Source: a virus
DNA: 64,000 nt
IMG/VR virus record: IMGVR_UViG_3300046167_000883
Span: 32,001 to 96,000 of that record
Strand: one strand, 5' to 3'
Positions 59,019-64,000 of this stretch are shown here, in pieces. How positions within the stretch are numbered: the first letter of the stretch is position 1; the number at the start of each line of letters is the position of its first letter. Both the position numbers and the translations under genes were made by a program. A model generated the notes under the pieces. That model ran no database searches and was not told the DNA's origin. It saw only the letters and a list, made by a program, of their open reading frames with translations.

Positions 59019-61028
59019 CTACCAGTTAGTGAGGTAATTCACTAAATCGTTTCTTGTTTCTCCGTCAAAAATGGAGCGACCAACGTGTTTCACCATGGGA
59101 TAAGCGGATAAGAAATCTTCTTTTACTTTAGTTTCTTTGGAGATGTCAACAGGGACATCGCTAAGTGTGATCTTTGGACGCTTGGTTGTAGATTTTAGCT
59201 CTTCATACTCTTTCAAAAGTTTTTTAAAATTTAAAATAATTTTTTTGGATGGTGCTTTTTCTAAAACCTTAATGATTTCGCCACTTTCCCAACCAAGAAG
59301 TAAATCTGTCAGAGCATCTTTTCTTTTTTGCGCTTTATGAATAGGAGATTTACTAATCCAATCTTTTCTGACTTCATCTATACGAACCCAATTAGACTTC
59401 TTCTCAATCTTGTTGAGAGCTTTTTTGCGAACGCCATACACTTTTTCGAGCTTTGGATTGATTTCTTGCAACGCTCTTAATTCTGTAGAGATGTGATGTG
59501 GATGAATCAAATCACCAGACAGAGACTCAATTTTGTTAGAGTTGTAAACATAATAGTAATGTGTTTTATCGTCTGATAATTCTTCTTTTACTTCCTGCCA
59601 AAAATCAGACATCCGCATCCAATACTTACCTTCGGACGTAAACTCAAGAATATCACCCTTTTTAACTTCATTTGAACGAGCCTTTTGACCCTTACGAGAA
59701 ACTACTTTACGCTCACATTCCGAAAGAAATTTTACGTTAGGGCTTTGCATAGCCTTAGCTCGCTTTAAATCTTCGTCATTTAAATTAGAGATAAGATAAG
59801 CCTCTTGATCTTGCTCTAAGAAGGATAGGCGATTGAAAGGCGCACGAGGGCTTGGGTTGTCATCAATAATAAAAAAGCGATTTTTCTTCGGTGAACCTCT
59901 ATAGTTCCAAATAGATTGAACTTTTCTTTTTCCAAGGTTGCCGCTTCGATTTTTGACAATTTGCTCGTAGGTTGAATTGCGATCATAAGTAATAACCTCT
60001 GAACCCACTTTGAAACCCTTCCACTTTACGTCATTGATTTTAAGCCCCAACATTTGTGAAACATTTGCAAGTTTTTTGCTATAAAACTCTGTCGCTTCGT
60101 AAAGTGTTTTGGATTTACTCAATTCTCGATCAGACTCTTGCTCAAAAGAATTTTTGATTTTATCTGATGCTTCAACAAGAGCCTCAACAGTTTTGTCATT
60201 GTATTCCAAAGCCTCACGACTATGGTGCAACTTAAACTCACCAATTTTTGCTTTGTATACAACGCCACTTTTGAGGTGAGGGTATTTTTCACTAGTGGTG
60301 ACAGGATAAAGAATACCGCCCATTAAAACGTGACAGAATTTTTTTATCCTTGTGGTTTCATATTGATGATAACCATCAGCAGTATATATATCGAACACAT
60401 CGGTCGAAAAGGTAGGTGGCGTTTTATCAAACTCATCGTTTAGGAGTTTAATTTTTTCTGAGAGATACTGCGAGAAATTTTTAAATTTTGAATTAAAATC
60501 TTCAACGTCTTTGTTTTGAACAGGTACTTGTACATAGATACCATTGTCTTCTTGCGTAGACTCAGAAAACATTTTCGATACAACTGTATCATCGTTCTCA
60601 TCGACGCGAATTGTGTAAGCAGTCTTTTGACCATCACATACAGACATAACAATAAAAGAATCTGTATATGATAAAGGTGCGAAACGACCAATACCAAAGC
60701 CACCAATAACGTTGTTGGAATCGCGCTTGGTTGACTTACCATACTTGGTATAAAGACCCATCATATCTTCTTCGCTCAAACCGCAGCCATAATCTCTTAC
60801 GATAAAGGTTGGCTCAAGTTTTGTAGGAAGTTGAACCTCAACCTTGCGTCCGTTGCTTACGTCAATACCGTTCGCAATAATCTCACGGATGGTTGCGAGG
60901 ATTGTATCAGAATAGTTGTTACGCAATAGGCTTGCGATGTAACGCATATCTTCTGCATCAATAGAGCAGGATGCGGATTGAATGTTGCCAGAAGTTTGGA
61001 CTTTTTGTTTGGTAGTTTCGATAATCAT
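59019..61028 (-). CDS. rIIA: rIIA-like GHKL ATPase
   Basis: IREIIANGID, VRDYGCGLS, STKRDSN..IGGFGIG; start ATG 61028 after TTGACT-N16-CATTAT. Confidence 0.85.
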   Translation of the reverse strand: MIIETTKQKVQTSGNIQSASCSIDAEDMRYIASLLRNNYSDTILATIREIIANGIDVSNGRKVEVQLPTKLEPTFIVRDYGCGLSEEDMMGLYTKYGKSTKRDSNNVIGGFGIGRFAPLSYTDSFIVMSVCDGQKTAYTIRVDENDDTVVSKMFSESTQEDNGIYVQVPVQNKDVEDFNSKFKNFSQYLSEKIKLLNDEFDKTPPTFSTDVFDIYTADGYHQYETTRIKKFCHVLMGGILYPVTTSEKYPHLKSGVVYKAKIGEFKLHHSREALEYNDKTVEALVEASDKIKNSFEQESDRELSKSKTLYEATEFYSKKLANVSQMLGLKINDVKWKGFKVGSEVITYDRNSTYEQIVKNRSGNLGKRKVQSIWNYRGSPKKNRFFIIDDNPSPRAPFNRLSFLEQDQEAYLISNLNDEDLKRAKAMQSPNVKFLSECERKVVSRKGQKARSNEVKKGDILEFTSEGKYWMRMSDFWQEVKEELSDDKTHYYYVYNSNKIESLSGDLIHPHHISTELRALQEINPKLEKVYGVRKKALNKIEKKSNWVRIDEVRKDWISKSPIHKAQKRKDALTDLLLGWESGEIIKVLEKAPSKKIILNFKKLLKEYEELKSTTKRPKITLSDVPVDISKETKVKEDFLSAYPMVKHVGRSIFDGETRNDLVNYLTNW

Positions 61029-61074
61029 GCCCCACATAATGACTACACCTTTGAAAAAGTCAAGCTCTTTACGC

Positions 61075-61104
61075 AAAAAAAGAGGTCACAATTTGTGACC
61101 CCTT
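61075..61104 (-). terminator. terminator
   Basis: GGTCAC-AATTT-GTGACC hairpin with a preceding A-run. Confidence 0.65.
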
Positions 61105-61105
61105 C

Positions 61106-61132
61106 GTAAGTCGTTGAAAAACAACAACCTAT
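61106..61132. repeat. solo 27-bp palindrome box
   Basis: GTAAGTCGTTG-AAAAA-CAACAACCTAT, same box as in the 77-bp elements. Confidence 0.8.
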
Positions 61133-61151
61133 GAAACAAAAAAAATTTTGT

Positions 61152-61268
61152 TTACTTGCCTACAATCTTCTTTGCGAAGGAAATAACAGACTCTACAACG
61201 CGAGTGTTGTTTCTACCGACAAGAATACCTGCGACAAAACCAATCAATAAAGTAACGATAGTTTCCAT
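61152..61268 (-). CDS. small membrane peptide (38 aa)
   Basis: METIVTLLIGFVAGILVGRNN... Confidence 0.55.
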   Translation of the reverse strand: METIVTLLIGFVAGILVGRNNTRVVESVISFAKKIVGK

Positions 61269-61290
61269 TTTTTTTAAAAAATTAAATAAA

Positions 61291-61608
61291 TTAAGAGCCG
61301 CTCTTTTTTGGAGCGCGTTTACGGGTTGCCGTCTTTTTCTTGGCAGCCTTCTTCTTGGGTGCTTTACCACCTTCCCACGCCTCGTTTTGAGGTGTGCTTG
61401 GATCGTCTCCTACGAACTTACCCTTCTTCCTAGCTCTCTTCGGCTTGGAGGGTGATGATGTCTTATTTGCCTTGGTAGGCTTCGGCGACGATTTTTGCAT
61501 CTTCTTCTGCATAAAAACAAGAAGAACAGCGATGCCCACAATATATGTGAGCGGATGAGTTAGCAAACCTTCTAGAAAGGATGCTTCAGTAATAATTACT
61601 TGTTCCAT
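61291..61608 (-). CDS. membrane-anchored basic protein
   Basis: One TM helix, then RARKKGKFVGDDPSTPQNEAW and a histone-like Lys/Ala tail. Confidence 0.7.
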   Translation of the reverse strand: MEQVIITEASFLEGLLTHPLTYIVGIAVLLVFMQKKMQKSSPKPTKANKTSSPSKPKRARKKGKFVGDDPSTPQNEAWEGGKAPKKKAAKKKTATRKRAPKKSGS

Positions 61609-61648
61609 AGTATATACTTATTTGCTTTTTTATTTATTTGCGAGCGAT

Positions 61649-61924
61649 TTATTCGGATTCAGAATCCCTATGTCTGTCTGTGATATGACGCTCTTGTATT
61701 AGAATCTTCAACTTCATGTTAAGTCTAATCATATCTTTGTCTAGTGTTTGTATTTGCTTCTTCAGCTTTCCCAATGAAGCACCTACATCACCCAATGCAG
61801 GATTAACTTTTGTTGTAACCCACTTCCAGATGTGCCACACAAAAAATCCTAAGCCGACCAATGCGATCAGCGAAAAACCGAATTTGGTAACTACATCCTG
61901 CCCAATGTTGAAATTCATGTCCAC
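61649..61924 (-). CDS. membrane + coiled-coil protein (holin-like)
   Basis: FGFSLIALVGLGFFVWHIWKW followed by LDKDMIRL; paralog of the next gene. Confidence 0.55.
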   Translation of the reverse strand: MDMNFNIGQDVVTKFGFSLIALVGLGFFVWHIWKWVTTKVNPALGDVGASLGKLKKQIQTLDKDMIRLNMKLKILIQERHITDRHRDSESE

Positions 61925-61972
61925 TCATAATGTTTTATTTGCCTTATTATAAATTGTAAAGTGATTTTTCAA

Positions 61973-62257
61973 CTAATCGTCTCTACAATCTTCTTTTCCT
62001 TCACTAGCTGCGATTCTATTGATATTTGGCTCACAGCCAAAAGCGCACGAAAATTGTGCGTCGATCTTAACAATGTCATTGTTCATAACATCTATTTGAT
62101 TCTCTAGGGAAAGCAATGCTCCAGCAATTCCAGAAATCCTATCTGTGACTTGGGCTAACAAAAATTTTAAAATAATAAACAAAAACCAACCAACAGTTAA
62201 TGCTGCCGTGATTGGAATGCCGACTTGCTCTACGAAATTTAATATATCTCCTACCAT
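61973..62257 (-). CDS. membrane + coiled-coil protein (holin-like)
   Basis: VGIPITAALTVGWFLFIILKF followed by MNNDIVKID; GTGTAA upstream. Confidence 0.55.
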   Translation of the reverse strand: MVGDILNFVEQVGIPITAALTVGWFLFIILKFLLAQVTDRISGIAGALLSLENQIDVMNNDIVKIDAQFSCAFGCEPNINRIAASEGKEDCRDD

Positions 62258-62277
62258 GATATATTATTTACACTTAT

Positions 62278-62763
62278 TTAACCTTTTCTGCCCCCAGGAG
62301 TGAAGTAGAAGCCGATGATCGCCCCCAAAGTGGTGATTGCGACCAAAGAGATGTGTCCTGTGGTAATACTTGTTGTAATGTCTGCCCCACTTGGGAATTT
62401 GATGAGTCCCCAGAATAAATTGACTGCTTCTTTGTTTTCTGGAGGGGTAAAGGTGACAAGGGTTGTGTTTGGATACAGGGTGCAGAGGACTGAGATGACG
62501 AAAAAGTTGAGCATCCCCATAAAAGCAATAAGACGACGAGTAGCCCTAGTGAACATGCCAGTATCTTTATCGGTTTCGCCGACCAGCATCTTCTGAAAAT
62601 CCGTGTCCATTTCACGGATCTGCATATCCCTAATAAGCTCTCTGCGTTCTTTCGCAGCTTTAGCCTCTGAAACGCCTTGAAAAACACCACCAACGATCTT
62701 AAGCATACTGCCCATGCCAGTCGCCCCCAATGTCGATAGTAGCATCGTGATAAGTCCAAACAT
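62278..62763 (-). CDS. putative 3-TM holin
   Basis: Three hydrophobic segments ending AIIGFYF; GTGTAA upstream. Confidence 0.55.
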   Translation of the reverse strand: MFGLITMLLSTLGATGMGSMLKIVGGVFQGVSEAKAAKERRELIRDMQIREMDTDFQKMLVGETDKDTGMFTRATRRLIAFMGMLNFFVISVLCTLYPNTTLVTFTPPENKEAVNLFWGLIKFPSGADITTSITTGHISLVAITTLGAIIGFYFTPGGRKG

Positions 62764-62771
62764 ATCATATA

Positions 62772-63029
62772 TTACACTTTATTTGGCTCGATTGGAGTGA
62801 ATTTCAAGCCCATCCTACCTACATTGCTTTCTTCATCCGCGCACCAACCCTCATATTCAATGTGATTTTCTGCGTGAATTGTCCTATATATTTGGTAAAA
62901 AAGTTTTTCTTCACCCAACATAAGACAATGATGATCCTTGTCTACCGACAACAGAGAACCTTCTCCTTCAAAGTCTTTAAACTTATCTAGAGTTTGGTTA
63001 GTTCCTAGTACTTTTATTTGTCCTTTCAT
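62772..63029 (-). CDS. hypothetical protein
   Basis: 85 aa; GTGTAA 9 nt upstream. Confidence 0.65.
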   Translation of the reverse strand: MKGQIKVLGTNQTLDKFKDFEGEGSLLSVDKDHHCLMLGEEKLFYQIYRTIHAENHIEYEGWCADEESNVGRMGLKFTPIEPNKV

Positions 63030-63060
63030 GTTTCGATTTTACACTTTTCTAGCTATATTC

Positions 63061-63660
63061 TTAATCTTTATAAGAATATAACCTTTCTTTTGCTAGGCTA
63101 GATAAATCTAGACCAATTATTTTTTTTATATCTTCTATTGTTTTTCGCCAATTATCAAAATCTCCTACATAGTCGAAATGTCCATTAGCTACAATATTTT
63201 CTCTTATATTATAAATTTCATCATTAATAATTTTATTTATTTTTTTATTTTTTACATGCGATTCAAATTCATCATATCTAAAATTAGACAATGGGCGAAT
63301 TAATTCATGTAATTTGAGATTATATGTATCGTGTTTGCTTAAAAAACCAAATTTTCGAGATCCGTAGTGTTTTGTGGCGCAAAAAAATTCTTGCAAAACT
63401 CTTTTTTCTGGCAATTTAATTGTGAACCAAAAATCGTCATTTTGTTTTTTTATTTTAGCTTCATTAAAAATACCGTATAAAAAATCACATCTTTTAAATT
63501 CGTGATTATTTGGTGTCAGACGTAATGGATTTTCATTTAAATTGATTGTTTTTTTAAATTCAAAAACTTCATGTATAAATTTAGATTCTGGAAATTGGTC
63601 TGAAACCAATTCGATGATTTTGGGATAAATTCTACACGGAGTTAATTGAAATACAATCAT
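63061..63660 (-). CDS. hypothetical protein (possible degenerate sulfotransferase-like)
   Basis: Very AT-rich 199 aa; FDYVG motif. Confidence 0.5.
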   Translation of the reverse strand: MIVFQLTPCRIYPKIIELVSDQFPESKFIHEVFEFKKTINLNENPLRLTPNNHEFKRCDFLYGIFNEAKIKKQNDDFWFTIKLPEKRVLQEFFCATKHYGSRKFGFLSKHDTYNLKLHELIRPLSNFRYDEFESHVKNKKINKIINDEIYNIRENIVANGHFDYVGDFDNWRKTIEDIKKIIGLDLSSLAKERLYSYKD

Positions 63661-64000
63661 TTATTTTTTCCATATTTGGTGCGGCATCTCTAGGATGTCC
63701 GACATCTTGACAATCGAAATTAAATCCTTTCGACCTTCACGTTGGTATCCTTTGTATAACGCATCTTTACTATTTGCTACTTTGTTCTTCAAATCGCATT
63801 TGACTTGACACATACCTAACAAATAATTTCGTTTGATTAAAACAAAATCTTTATCGCGCTCAAATGCAATGATGTCGGTTTGACCACGAAGCCAGCCTTC
63901 ACGACCTTGGACATTGAGAAACTCAACCCACACTAATTCATCTTGTTCATTTTGATCTGAACGATTGATACGCTTTTTAGCTTTTACATCAATGGTTCCA
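63661..64000 (-). CDS. PD-(D/E)xK-like nuclease, 5'-truncated by the window
   Basis: TIDVKAKKR...VWVEFLNVQGREGWL.G..DIIAFE, open to the right edge. Confidence 0.6.
   Translation of the reverse strand, partial: GTIDVKAKKRINRSDQNEQDELVWVEFLNVQGREGWLRGQTDIIAFERDKDFVLIKRNYLLGMCQVKCDLKNKVANSKDALYKGYQREGRKDLISIVKMSDILEMPHQIWKK

Noticed and set aside
1-64000. Stop-codon reassignment
   Set aside because: Genes end cleanly at TAA, TAG and TGA; the breaks are frame changes, not in-frame stops; no suppressor tRNA was seen.

Overview
This window is 64 kb of an AT-rich, probably lytic, long-tailed (siphovirus-like) dsDNA phage genome. No integrase and no tail sheath gene are visible. From left to right it holds: a nucleotide-metabolism and regulatory block (nrdA, HNH, nrdB, dNMP kinase, sigma factor, SSB, glycosyltransferase, Hsp20); tail genes (minor tail proteins, a 1949-aa tape measure protein, chaperones, neck, tail tube, a ~2000-aa adhesin); head and packaging genes on the minus strand (TerL, portal, protease/scaffold, decoration protein, MCP) with an ERCC4 nuclease, a second sigma factor and PhoH; a tRNA/HNH island; two convergent clusters of small early genes (46.4-51.7 kb on +, 52-61 kb on -, the latter including a RuvB-like ATPase and rIIA/rIIB); and a block of late membrane (lysis-like) genes. 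About ten single-base insertions split essential genes between 25.3 and 43.5 kb and look like sequencing errors. The most notable observations are: (1) a 77-bp double-palindrome element with fixed 27+23+27 geometry, repeated five times, that divides the early region into promoter+gene cassettes, with sigma54-type promoters pointing into two copies; (2) a 'matryoshka' tail adhesin in which four N-terminal half-modules are followed by four C-terminal half-modules; (3) a PD-(D/E)xK-like cargo domain inside the tape measure protein, bracketed by repeated GY(I/V)P/IPNF motifs; (4) three promoter classes producing near-leaderless mRNAs, including a late GTGTAA motif and an internal promoter for a nested scaffold gene. 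All product calls come from motif recognition by eye; no database search was run.
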